Source of the DNA: an uncultured Chloroflexia bacterium
GTDB lineage: Bacteria > Chloroflexota > Limnocylindria > Limnocylindrales > CSP1-4
DNA length: 64,000 nucleotides
Assembly (NCBI GenBank): GCA_963817095.1
Contig: CAWFND010000017.1
Span: 230,451 to 294,450 of the forward strand
Direction of reading: 5' to 3'
Part shown: piece by piece, positions 19,351 through 29,103 of the stretch
Layout of the letters: each line of letters begins with the position of its first letter
Numbering within the stretch: the first letter of the stretch is position 1
Translations under genes and position numbers: made by a program
Notes under the pieces: generated by a model
What the model was told of the DNA's origin: nothing
What the model saw: only the letters and a program-made list of their open reading frames with translations
Databases searched by the model: none

Positions 19351-19418
19351 TACCATTGACCACCCGTGACGACCCTCGCCCCGAACGACTTCACGCACCT
19401 CCACGTCCACTCGGAGTT
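19351..19418 (+). repeat. Copy C of the repeat, the functional dnaE start region
   Basis: TACCATTGACCACCCGTGACGACCCTCGCCCCGAACGACTTCACGCACCTCCACGTCCACTCGGAGTT. It contains the dnaE GTG start (19366). An in-frame TGA at 19357-19359 rules out an upstream start. Confidence 0.85.
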
Positions 19419-22400
19419 CAGCCTCCTGGACGGGCTGGGGCGGATCACGGACCTTGTCGATTCGGCGGCCGCGCAGGGTTTCGACAGCCTCGCCCTGACC
19501 GACCACGGCGCGCTGTACGGCGCCGTTGCCTTCTACCAGGCGGCGAAGACGAAGGGGATCAAGCCGATCATCGGCGTCGAGACGTACGTCGCCCGGCGGT
19601 CGATGACCGAGAAGGAGGGCAAGGCGGACGCCCAGCCCTTCCACCTGATCCTCCTCGCCAAGGACCTCACCGGGTACCGGAACCTCTGCCGCCTCGTGAC
19701 GGATGCCCACGTCGACGGCTACTACTACCGGCCGCGGATCGACCACGAGCACCTCGCCCGCTACGCCGAGGGGCTCGTCGGGCTGTCTGCGTGCCTGGGC
19801 GGCGAGATCCCGCGTGCCCTCGAGATCGACGACTGGGACGGCGCGCGGCGGCTCGCCGGGGAGTACCGGGACATCCTCGGCCCGGACAACTTCTTCCTGG
19901 AGCTCCAGGACCACGGCCTGCCCGAGCAGCGGGTCCTGAACGAGAAGCTCCTGCGCCTCGGACCCGAGACGGGGATCCCCCTCGTCGTCACGAACGACCT
20001 CCACTACGTCCACCAGCACCAGTCCGAGGCGCACGACGTCCTGCTCTGCGTCGGCACGGGCAACAACATCGACACGCCGGGACGGATGCGGTTCGAGACC
20101 GACGACTTCTGGCTGAAATCGGCCGCCCAGATGGCCGCGCTGTTCGCGGACCAGCCCGAGGCAATCCTCAACAGCCGCCGGATCGCCGAGATGACCGACC
20201 TCGAGCTGCCCCTCGGCCAGCTCCGGATCCCGCACTTCCCGGTGCCGGACGGCGAGACGGCCGAGACGTGGCTCCGGAAGGAGTGCGAGCGCGGCCTCGC
20301 CGAGCGCTACGGGACGGTGACGACGGAGCTCCAGCAGCGGCTGGACTACGAGCTCGGCGTGATCCTGACGATGGGCTACGCGGGCTACTTCCTGATCGTC
20401 GCCGACTTCGTCCGGTTCGCCCGCGAGCAGCGGATCCAGACGACCTGCCGCGGCTCGGCGCCGGGCAGCATCGTGACCTACACGCTCGGGATCACCCCGG
20501 TCGACCCGATCGCCTACGGCCTCCCGTTCGAGCGCTTCCTCAACCCCGACCGGGTGACGATGCCGGACATCGACGTCGACTTCGAGGACGAGCGCCGCGA
20601 CGAGGTGATCTCGTATGTGTCTCGCAAATACGGCTCGGACCACGTCGCCCAGATCATCACGTTCGGAACGATGCTGGCCCGGGCCGCGATCCGCGACGTC
20701 GGCCGGGTCCTCGGCTACAGCTACGGCGAGGTCGACCGGGTCGCGAAGGCAGTCCCGAACCAGCTCGGGATCAAGCTCGACGAGGCCCTCGAGATGTCGC
20801 CGGACCTGAAGGGCCAGGTCGACGCGGACCCGGGCGTGAAACGGATGATCGACTTCGCTCGCCAGCTCGAGGGTGTCGCCCGGAACGCCTCGACCCACGC
20901 CGCGGGCGTCGTGATCAGCCGCGAGCCGCTCACGGAGCTGATGCCGCTCCAGAAGGCGACCAACTCCGACGCGCTGATGACCCAGTACGAGATGCACGGC
21001 ATCGAGGCGCTCGGCCTCCTGAAGTTCGACTTCCTCGGCCTCTCGAACCTGACCATCCTCCGCCACGCGGTGGACCTGGTCCGCCAGGAGCGGGGGATCG
21101 AGATCGACCTCGACCACATCCCGCTCGACGACGCCGCGACCTTCGCGCTCCTCGCCTCGGGCGAGACGACGGGCATCTTCCAGCTCGAGTCGGCGGGGAT
21201 GCGCCGCTACATCCGCGACCTGAAGCCGACCTCCGTCCTGGACCTAGCGGCGATGGTCGCGCTGTTCCGGCCGGGCCCGATGGACAACATTCCGGCCTAC
21301 ATCCGGCGGAAGCACGGCCAGGAGCCGGTGACCTACCTGCACCCGCTGCTCGAGCCGTACCTGGAGAAGACCTACGGGATCTTCGTCTACCAGGAGGACA
21401 TCATGTCCGCGGCGATCGCGCTCGGCGGCTTCACGGGTCCCGAGGCCGACACGCTCGGCTACGCGATCCGGAAGAAGAAGTCGTCGGTCCTGCGGGCGCA
21501 ACGGGAGAAGTTCGTCACCCAGGCCGCCGAGCGCGGCGTCGATGCCCGGGTCATCGACCAGGTCTTCGCCGCCTTCCAGCCGTTCGAGCGGTATGGCTTC
21601 AACAAGGCCCACGCGACCTGCTACGGGCTGATCGCCTACCAGACCGCCTACCTCAAGGCGAACTACACCGTCGAGTACATGACCGCGGTCCTGACGGCGT
21701 TCCGGTCGAACGAGGAGAAGGTCGCCGCCGCGGTCGCCGAGTGCCGCCGGATGGGGATCGAGGTCCTGCCGCCGGACGTCCACCGCTCCGACGTCGAGTT
21801 CACGGTCGAGGGGGCCTCGATCCGGTTCGGGCTCCTGGCGGTGAAGAACGTCGGCCAGGGCGCGATCGAGTCGATCGTCGCGGCTCGCAAGGCGGGTGGC
21901 GAATTCGCGTCCCTCCGCGACTTCTGCGAGCGGATCGACCTCCGGCTCGTCAACTCGCGGGTCATCGAGGCACTCGCCTGGGTCGGCGCCCTGTCGGCGT
22001 TCGGCCACCCCGTCCAGATCATCGATGCGCTGCCGACGATCCTGCCGTCGGCGCAGGCCGCCCAGCAGCAGCAGGCGACGGGGCAGCTGTCGGCGTTCGA
22101 CCTGATGTTCGCGGAGGCGCCGGTCGAGGTGCTCCCGCCGCGCACGGAGGCACCGCGGCGCGAGCGACTCCGGAAGGAGAAGGAGCTGCTCGGGCTGTAC
22201 CTGTCGGAGCACCCGATGGGGGAGGTGGCCGAGCAGGTCGGGGCGTTCGTCACCGCCTACAGCAGCGACCTGAAGGACGAGTCGCTCGACGGGCAGCGGG
22301 TCGTGATCGGCGGGATCGTGACGGGCTTCCGGACGGTGATCACGAAGTCGAAGTCGACGATGGGGATCGCGACGCTCGAGGACCTCCAGGGCACGATCGA

Positions 22401-23286
22401 GGTCGTCGTCTTCCCGCGGATGTACGAGACGACCGCCGGCGTCTGGACGGAGGGTTCGATCCTGCTCGTCGCCGGACGGGTCGACCATCGCGGAGACGAC
22501 GTGTCGCTGCTGGCGGACCTCGCGACCGATTGGGACGATGCCGTCCGGCGCGGGCCCGAGGCCTTCGCCCGGGAGGTCGCGGCAGGGGAGCGCGGCCGCG
22601 GGTCGCGACGAGGCGGCAACGGCAACGGATATGGATCGGGGAATGGAGGCCGGAGCGGGCCGCCGCCGGGCGACGGCGGCGATCGGCAGCCGGTCGGGGT
22701 GATGGAGCCCGCGACGACTGCCATGGGGTCGCCCGTCGCTGTGGGTCCCGGTCCGGGTGCTGCCGATCCACCGCCCGCTCGACCCGACGAGGTCCGACCG
22801 GGGGTCCCGCGCGTCTCGCCGCTGCGCGCCGAGGCGCGGCCGCCCGCGACCGCCGACTCAACCGTCGAGCTGCCGGCGATCGCCCCCGCCGATCCGATCC
22901 CGACGTACGCCGAGCCGGAAAGCCTGTCGGCCGCGACCGGCGCGGACGAGATCGCCGACGAGCCCGCCCTGCCGGACGAGGCGCGGGACCGCGCCGCCCT
23001 GGCCTCCGCCGCACCGACGTCCCAGATCGAGAGCCAGCCCGACCAGGTCCTCCACGTCCGGTTCGGAGGCGCCGCCCCGGACCGCCTGATCCTCGCGATG
23101 GAGACGATCCGGACCGTGCTCCGCGAGCGCCCGGGCGGAACGCGCGTCGTCCTGCACGTTCCGGCCCCGAACGGGTCGTCGACGCTCCCGATGGAGCTGA
23201 GCCGCCGCGTCGCCTACGACTCCGACCTCCTGTCGGAGGTCCATCGCCGCCTCGGCGACGGCCTCGTCGACCTCCGTCTCGCCTGA
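19366..23286 (+). CDS. dnaE: DNA polymerase III subunit alpha
   Basis: 1306 aa. PHP domain start HLHVHSEFSLLDG, polymerase core, OB-fold, then a Gly/Pro-rich linker and a short C-terminal module. Confidence 0.95.
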   Translation: MTTLAPNDFTHLHVHSEFSLLDGLGRITDLVDSAAAQGFDSLALTDHGALYGAVAFYQAAKTKGIKPIIGVETYVARRSMTEKEGKADAQPFHLILLAKDLTGYRNLCRLVTDAHVDGYYYRPRIDHEHLARYAEGLVGLSACLGGEIPRALEIDDWDGARRLAGEYRDILGPDNFFLELQDHGLPEQRVLNEKLLRLGPETGIPLVVTNDLHYVHQHQSEAHDVLLCVGTGNNIDTPGRMRFETDDFWLKSAAQMAALFADQPEAILNSRRIAEMTDLELPLGQLRIPHFPVPDGETAETWLRKECERGLAERYGTVTTELQQRLDYELGVILTMGYAGYFLIVADFVRFAREQRIQTTCRGSAPGSIVTYTLGITPVDPIAYGLPFERFLNPDRVTMPDIDVDFEDERRDEVISYVSRKYGSDHVAQIITFGTMLARAAIRDVGRVLGYSYGEVDRVAKAVPNQLGIKLDEALEMSPDLKGQVDADPGVKRMIDFARQLEGVARNASTHAAGVVISREPLTELMPLQKATNSDALMTQYEMHGIEALGLLKFDFLGLSNLTILRHAVDLVRQERGIEIDLDHIPLDDAATFALLASGETTGIFQLESAGMRRYIRDLKPTSVLDLAAMVALFRPGPMDNIPAYIRRKHGQEPVTYLHPLLEPYLEKTYGIFVYQEDIMSAAIALGGFTGPEADTLGYAIRKKKSSVLRAQREKFVTQAAERGVDARVIDQVFAAFQPFERYGFNKAHATCYGLIAYQTAYLKANYTVEYMTAVLTAFRSNEEKVAAAVAECRRMGIEVLPPDVHRSDVEFTVEGASIRFGLLAVKNVGQGAIESIVAARKAGGEFASLRDFCERIDLRLVNSRVIEALAWVGALSAFGHPVQIIDALPTILPSAQAAQQQQATGQLSAFDLMFAEAPVEVLPPRTEAPRRERLRKEKELLGLYLSEHPMGEVAEQVGAFVTAYSSDLKDESLDGQRVVIGGIVTGFRTVITKSKSTMGIATLEDLQGTIEVVVFPRMYETTAGVWTEGSILLVAGRVDHRGDDVSLLADLATDWDDAVRRGPEAFAREVAAGERGRGSRRGGNGNGYGSGNGGRSGPPPGDGGDRQPVGVMEPATTAMGSPVAVGPGPGAADPPPARPDEVRPGVPRVSPLRAEARPPATADSTVELPAIAPADPIPTYAEPESLSAATGADEIADEPALPDEARDRAALASAAPTSQIESQPDQVLHVRFGGAAPDRLILAMETIRTVLRERPGGTRVVLHVPAPNGSSTLPMELSRRVAYDSDLLSEVHRRLGDGLVDLRLA

Positions 23287-23335
23287 CCGTCGCGGGTCCT
23301 GCTCGGTCGGGGGCGCGTTCGCTACCCTTGCTTCC

Positions 23336-24367
23336 GTGAGCGAGCTCGTCGGCGCCGTCCTGACCCGTCCATCGGTCGACACGGACCGGGCCGCCGCCGT
23401 CCTCTGGGCGGAGTGGGAGATCGACGGCGCCCTGCGTCCGTTGCCGAGCGAGCGCGACCGGAACTGGGCGGTGACGGTCGACGGGATGGATCAGTACGTC
23501 CTCAAGGTGTCGAATGCCGCCGAGGACCGGTCGTTCCTCGAGCTCCAGCACGTGGCGATGCGACGGCTGGCCGACGCCGATGTCCCGTGTCAGCTCCCCG
23601 TCGCGACGCCTGATGGCCGAGACCTCGTCGACGTGACCGCCTCGAGCGGCGGTGCACCGCTCATCGGCCGGCTCCTGACCTGGCTCCCCGGCGGGCCGCT
23701 GGCGACGGTCCCGGCCGCCGTCCGGTCGCCGGAGCTCCTCGCCGATCTCGGCCGCGTCATGGGTCGGACGGTCCTGGCCCTCTCCGGATGGGACCACCCG
23801 GCGGCCCATCGCGTCTTCCAGTGGCAGGCCGAGCGCGGACTGCAGGTGATCGCGACGCACGCCGTTGCCGTGACTCGGCCCGACCGGGCGAAGCTCCTCG
23901 CTGCCTGGCAGCGCAGGCTCCTGCCACTCCGCGACGTCATGCCGCGACTGCGTCACGGGGTCATCCACAACGACGCCAACGACCACAACGTCCTCGTCGA
24001 CGTGGAGTCGACGCGGATCACCGGCCTGCTCGACCTCGGGGACGCGGTGTGGTCCGTCATCGTCAACGAGCTCGCCGTCGCCGCGGCGTACGCGGCCCTC
24101 GACGCCCCGGACCCGCTGGCGTTCGTCGCCGCGATCCGGGGCGGGTTCGAGGAGATGACGCCGCTCACCGACGAGGAGCGCGGCGCGATCGTGGAGCTCG
24201 TGGCGTTGCGCCTGGCGACGAGCGTCGCGCTGAGCGCGCACCAGTCGCGCCTCGACCCCGAGGATCCCTACCTGACGATCTCCGAGGCGCCGGCCTGGGC
24301 GCTCCTCGAGCGCCTGCTGGCGATCGATCCTTCCGAGGCCAGGGCGCGCGTGGCGGCCGGCGCGTGA
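23336..24367 (+). CDS. Aminoglycoside-phosphotransferase (APH) fold kinase, hydroxylysine-kinase/homoserine-kinase-II-like
   Basis: 343 aa with a GTG start. Contains SERDRNWAV, the catalytic-loop-like VIHNDANDHNVLV, and LLDLGD. Confidence 0.78.
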   Translation: MSELVGAVLTRPSVDTDRAAAVLWAEWEIDGALRPLPSERDRNWAVTVDGMDQYVLKVSNAAEDRSFLELQHVAMRRLADADVPCQLPVATPDGRDLVDVTASSGGAPLIGRLLTWLPGGPLATVPAAVRSPELLADLGRVMGRTVLALSGWDHPAAHRVFQWQAERGLQVIATHAVAVTRPDRAKLLAAWQRRLLPLRDVMPRLRHGVIHNDANDHNVLVDVESTRITGLLDLGDAVWSVIVNELAVAAAYAALDAPDPLAFVAAIRGGFEEMTPLTDEERGAIVELVALRLATSVALSAHQSRLDPEDPYLTISEAPAWALLERLLAIDPSEARARVAAGA

Positions 24368-25666
24368 CCACGGCGAACGACCTCCTCGCCGAACGCCGCC
24401 GTCTGCTCGGGCCGTCGCTGTCGGTCAGCTACCGGACGCCGCTCCACATCGTCCGCGGCGAGGGCGCCTACCTGTACGACGCGCGAGGGCCGCGCATACC
24501 TCGACTGCGTGAACAACGTCGCCCATGTCGGGCATGCCCACCCGCGGGTCGTCGACGCCGGCGTTGCCCAGATGCGGACCCTGAACACGAACACCCGGTA
24601 TCTCCATGAGCTCGTCCTGCGCTATGCGGAGCGACTGACAGCGCTCCTGCCCGACCACCTCGAGGTCTGCTACTTCGTCAATTCCGGGAGCGAGGCAAAT
24701 GAGCTGGGGCTGCGGCTCGCCCGGGCGGCGACCGGCCGTGCGGACGTCGCGACCGTCGACGTCGCCTACCACGGCAACACCCAGCGGCTCGTCGAGATCA
24801 GCCCGTACAAGTTCGCCGGGCCCGGCGGTGCGGGACAGCGCGACGACGTCCAGGTCGTGCCGTTGGCGGACCCGTATCGCGGCGCCCACCGTGGCGCCGA
24901 GCCGGGCGTCGCCGACGCGTACCTCGCGGAAGCTCGGACCGTGCTGGAAGGGTCCGCCGCCGCCGGCCGACCCGCGGGCGCCATGATCGCCGAGGCGATC
25001 CCTTCGGTGGCCGGCCAGGTCGTCCCGCCGCCGGGCTGGCTCGGCGGGCTCTTCGACGCCGCCCGGGCCGTGGGTGCCGTGCCGATCGCCGACGAGGTCC
25101 AGGTCGGCTTCGGGCGCGTGGGGGTCGACACCTGGGCGTTCGCGGCCCAGGGCGCAGTGCCCGACATCGTCACGATGGGCAAGCCGATCGGCAACGGCCA
25201 TCCGCTCGGCGCCGTCGTCACGACGCGGGCGATCGCGGACGCGTTCGCGAACGGGATGGAGTACTTCAACACGTTCGGTGGCAACCCCGTGTCCGCGGCC
25301 ATCGGGCTGGCGGTCCTCGACGTCGTCGAGGAGGAGCGGCTCCAGGAGCACGCCCGGGTCACCGGGGAGCGGCTCATCGGCGGCCTCCGCGGCCTGGCCG
25401 ATCGGCACGAGGCAATCGGCGACGTCCGCGGGATGGGTCTGTTCATCGGGATCGACCTCGTGCGCGACCGCGTGACCCGCGAGCCTGCGACGGAGCTCGC
25501 CCGGGAGCTCGCGAACGTCGCGGCGGAGCGCGGCGTGCTCCTCAGCACGGACGGCCCATTCCACAACGTCATGAAGATCAAGCCGCCGCTCGTGTTCTCC
25601 GACGCCGACGCGGACCGGCTCATCGAGATGGTCGACACGGTCCTGAACGAGGCCAGCCCGGCCTGA
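24364..25666 (+). CDS. Class III (PLP) aminotransferase family protein of the phospho-lyase-like subgroup, interrupted by an apparent +1 insertion
   Basis: GTG 24364 overlaps the kinase stop (GTGA). The N-terminal 41 aa ([42 protein letters not shown]) are in the frame of ORF 23788-24609. The rest ([21 protein letters not shown]...) is ORF 24509-25666. They join if one G is removed from GGG at 24487-24489. The span is 1303 nt (3n+1). The PLP-Lys region is [12 protein letters not shown]. Confidence 0.85.
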
Positions 25667-25682
25667 TCCGCCGCAACGGTGC

Positions 25683-25712
25683 CCGCCGGCGCCAGGATTT
25701 CGGCGCCGGCGG
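25683..25712 (+). terminator. GC-rich hairpin after the aminotransferase gene (possible intrinsic terminator without a U-tract)
   Basis: 11-bp perfect stem (25683-25693 pairs with 25702-25712, CCGCCGGCGCC/GGCGCCGGCGG) and an 8-nt loop AGGATTTC, 17 nt after the stop. No T-run follows. Confidence 0.4.
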
Positions 25713-25808
25713 CGCACGTTCGTCCCGGTGAGGTATCGTCCCGCCATCGCGCCGAGGGGCTTCGGTGCGTGATCGGGCAATCATCCAGTTCGTGAGTTTC
25801 ATCCCTTC

Positions 25809-28800
25809 ATGGCGACCCATCGTGGCCGCGCCCGCGGGCTTTCTGTGCTCGCGGCCGCGGCGTTCCTCGCCCAGAGTCTCGTCGTTGCGGCGCCCGTCGC
25901 CGTGCCCGCCACCGCGCTGACCGCCGCCGCGGCCGGATCGCTGCCGTCGGGCTTCATCGACGAGACGCTGGTCACGGGCCTGACGAATCCCACCCAGGTC
26001 GCCTACGCGCCCGATGGGCGGGTCTTCGTGGCCGAGAAGCGCGGGACCGTCCAGACCTGGCCGAACGTCGCCGCCTTCAACTCGAACCAGACGCCCGTCC
26101 AGACCCTGGACATCCGGACCGACGTCATGAACTACTGGGATCGAGGGCTGCTCGGGCTGGCCGTGGATCCGAACTGGCCGGCGAGCAACTACATCTACCT
26201 GATGTACGCGTACGACGCGCTCCCGGGTGGGAGCGCCCCACGATGGGGCGCGCCGAACACGGACGGAGACACCTGTCCGACGCCCCCGGGCGGGACGAGC
26301 GATGGCTGCGTCGTCCAGAGCCGCCTCGAGCGGTTCACCGTGAACACGACGACGGGCGTGTCCTCGGCCCGCCTTGCGCTCCTGACCGGCTGGTGCCAGC
26401 AGTTCCCGAGCCACTCGGCGGGGACCGTCGCGTTCGGTCCCGACGGGAAGCTGTACGTCAGCGGCGGCGACGGAGCGAGCTTCAACGGCGGAGCCCAGGA
26501 CTACGGACAGAAGGGCGGCAACCTGCCGAACACGACCAGCCCGATCACGCCGAAGAACCCATGCGGCGACCCGCCTGGATCGGTCGGCAGCTCGATGACG
26601 GCGCCGACGGCCGAGGGCGGCGCCCTGCGCTCGCAGAGCTTCCGCCGGCCCGTCGGCGAGGCGGCCGTTCTCAACGGCGCGGTCCTCCGGCTCGACAAGG
26701 CGACCGGTCTGCGCCGCGGCCGGACAACCCCGTTCACGGCGTCGACGCGATCCGCGATCGGATCATCGCCTACGGCCTCCGCAATCCGTTCCGCATGACG
26801 TTCCGGCCGGGGACGAGCGACCTCTACATCGGCGACGTCGGCTACTCGACCTGGGAAGAGGTGAACCGCCTCCCCGACCCCACCGGCGAGAGCGTGCCGG
26901 CCAACTACGGCTGGCCGTGTCACGAGGGTCCCCAGTCGGACACCTACTACACGACGACGACCCTCAACCTCTGCGCGACGCTGGATGACTCGTCGGTCAC
27001 GGGCCCGCTCTACGACTACGCCCAGAGCGGCCACATGGCGAGCGGCGACGGCTGCCCGCCGGTCTCGCCGGCCACGACCGCCGGCGCGTCGGTGAGCGGT
27101 CTCGCCTTCGCCAAGACGAACAGCTACCCGGACCCCTACAAGAACGCGTTGTTCGCCGCCGACTACTCGCGGAACTGCATCGTCGTCCTGCCCGTCGACG
27201 GGAGCGGCGTTCCGACCGGCGCGTCGATCCCGTTCGAATCGGGCGCGGCGACGCCCGTGACGCTGACGACGGATCCGAGCGGCAACATCGTCTACGGCGA
27301 GTTCGGCACGGTCACGGGCACCGGAGCGATCCACCGGATCCGGTACGCGGCGCCGACGGCGTCGTTCACCGCGACGCCGTCATCCGGCATGGCGCCGCTC
27401 AGCGTGTCGTTCGACGGCTCCGGGTCCAGCGGCCCGGCAGCGATCTCGCAGTACGACTGGGACTTCGGCGACGGAGCGACGGCGCCCGACGGTGGCTCCA
27501 CGACGAGCCATACCTACGCCTCCGGCACCTGGACCGCACGGCTCACCGTGACCGACACGAACGGGATGACGGCGACGACTTCGAAGACGATCGCGTCCGG
27601 CAACCCGCCGCCGGTCGCGACGATCGATCTGCCGACCTGCACGACGAATTGCTGGACGGTCGGCCAGGTCATCACGCTCACCGCGCATGCCACGGACGTG
27701 CCCGACGGCACCCTTCCTGCGTCCGCGTTCTCGTGGCACGTCGGGCTCCAGCACTGCCACACCCCGAGCGACTGCCACGAGCACGACCTCCTCGACGTGA
27801 CCGGCGTGAAGACGACGACCTTCGTCGCGCCCGACCATGAGGCGGGGTCGTTCCTCCGGATCAGCGTGACCGTCAAGGACTCCGGCGGCCTGACCGACAC
27901 GGAGACGATCGACGTCCATCCGAAGCAGTCGAACATGACCGTCGTGTCGAGCCCGGCAGGGCTCCCGGTCGCGCTCGAGGGCGTCGCCGGCACCGGATCC
28001 GTCGGGCCGATCGCGATGATCGTCGGCCACGCGGCAACGGTGGAGGCGCAGTCGACCGCCGCGATCGGCGAGGACATGTACGCGTTCTCGTCGTGGTCGG
28101 ACGGCAAGGCCCTCGTCCATACGGCGACCGCGCCGCTGACGCGATAGCACCCTGACGGCCACCTACGTGCAGACCGGCAGCGACGCACCCGCGACCTGTG
28201 CCGCGGCTCCGGTCCAGAAGATCGGCAGCGCGGTTGGCGGCAAGTTCGGCTCGGCGAACGACGTCGACTGGGTGCGGTTCACCGTCGGAACGAAGGGCTG
28301 GTACCGGATCCTCCTCGGCGACCTGCCGGTCGACGGCGTCCTGGCGCTGTACTCCGGCTGCTCGACCCAGATCGTGTCGACGAACCAGCCGGGCACGCAC
28401 TGGGAGGAGATCCTCGCGACCCTCAAGCCCGGGCACATACGCGCTGCGGATGTCGTCCGTCGGTGGAGCGTCGAGCAACGCGAGCTACCACTGGTCCGTG
28501 AAGGCGCTCAGCGGCACGACGCCGCTGCTCACGGCGACCTCGGCGCCGTCGGGCGGCCTTCGCTACGTCGGCGACGTCTTCAACACGGCGACCACGCCGC
28601 GGTCCGTGACGATCACCGCGAAGCTGTACTCGGCGTCCGGCAAGCTCCTCGGATCGGCATCCGACGCACCCGCTCGTCACGGTCATGGCGGGACGCACCC
28701 GGTCACCGTTCGTGATCAACGCGACGCGCCCGGCCGGCTTCGCCTACGTGAAGTTCTCGGTCACGAGCGCGTCCGCCTCGAAGGCGACCCGGCTCCTGGC

Positions 28801-29059
28801 CATCTCCGGCTCCGCCACGAGCCCGACCCCATCGACCTGGAAGATCGACGGCACGATCACGAACACCTCGTCGACCACGGCGACCAACGTGATCGACGTC
28901 CTCGAGATCTACGACGCGTTCGGCACGGTCGTGAACGCGACGACGAGCCATCCGCTCGCGTCGACCCTGGCGAAGGGAGCCTCGACGACGTTCACGTTCA
29001 CGTTCTCCGGGCTCACCGCGCCGCCGACCGCGACGACCATCCGAGCCCGAGCGACCTGA
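25809..29059 (+). pseudogene. Large secreted protein (PQQ/sorbosone-dehydrogenase-like beta-propeller, PKD, Ig-like and pre-peptidase C-terminal (PPC) domains), broken by four frameshifts
   Basis: Five consecutive track ORFs read as one protein: 25809-26798, 26243-28147, 28167-28715, 28198-29715 and 28685-29059. Signal peptide MATHRGRARGLSVLAAAAFLAQSL. Propeller motifs PDGRVFVAEKRG and IIAYGLRNPFRMTF. PKD domain SVSFDGSGS...YDWDFGDG. PPC-like GSANDVDWVRFTV. Frame changes are near 26705-26715 (-1), 28135-28145 (+1), 28431-28433 (GGG, +1) and 28655-28662 (+1). The span is 3251 nt (3n+2), consistent with this. Confidence 0.75.
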
Positions 29060-29103
29060 TCCGGCGGGCCCCGCCGACGAGGCTCAGGGCCCCCGTTCGA
29101 GGC

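Noticed and set aside
19302-23339. Very long ORFs overlapping real genes in other frames or strands. Examples are 19302-23339 (+, 1345 aa), 22340-24241 (-), 3775-5154 (-), 43546-45540 (+), 47940-49949 (+), 32050-33627 (-) and 58615-60687 (-).
   Set aside because: Their translations are Arg/Pro/Gly/Ala-rich low-complexity text with no motifs. They overlap genes that have unambiguous family signatures. Such shadow ORFs are expected from stop-codon depletion in high-GC DNA.
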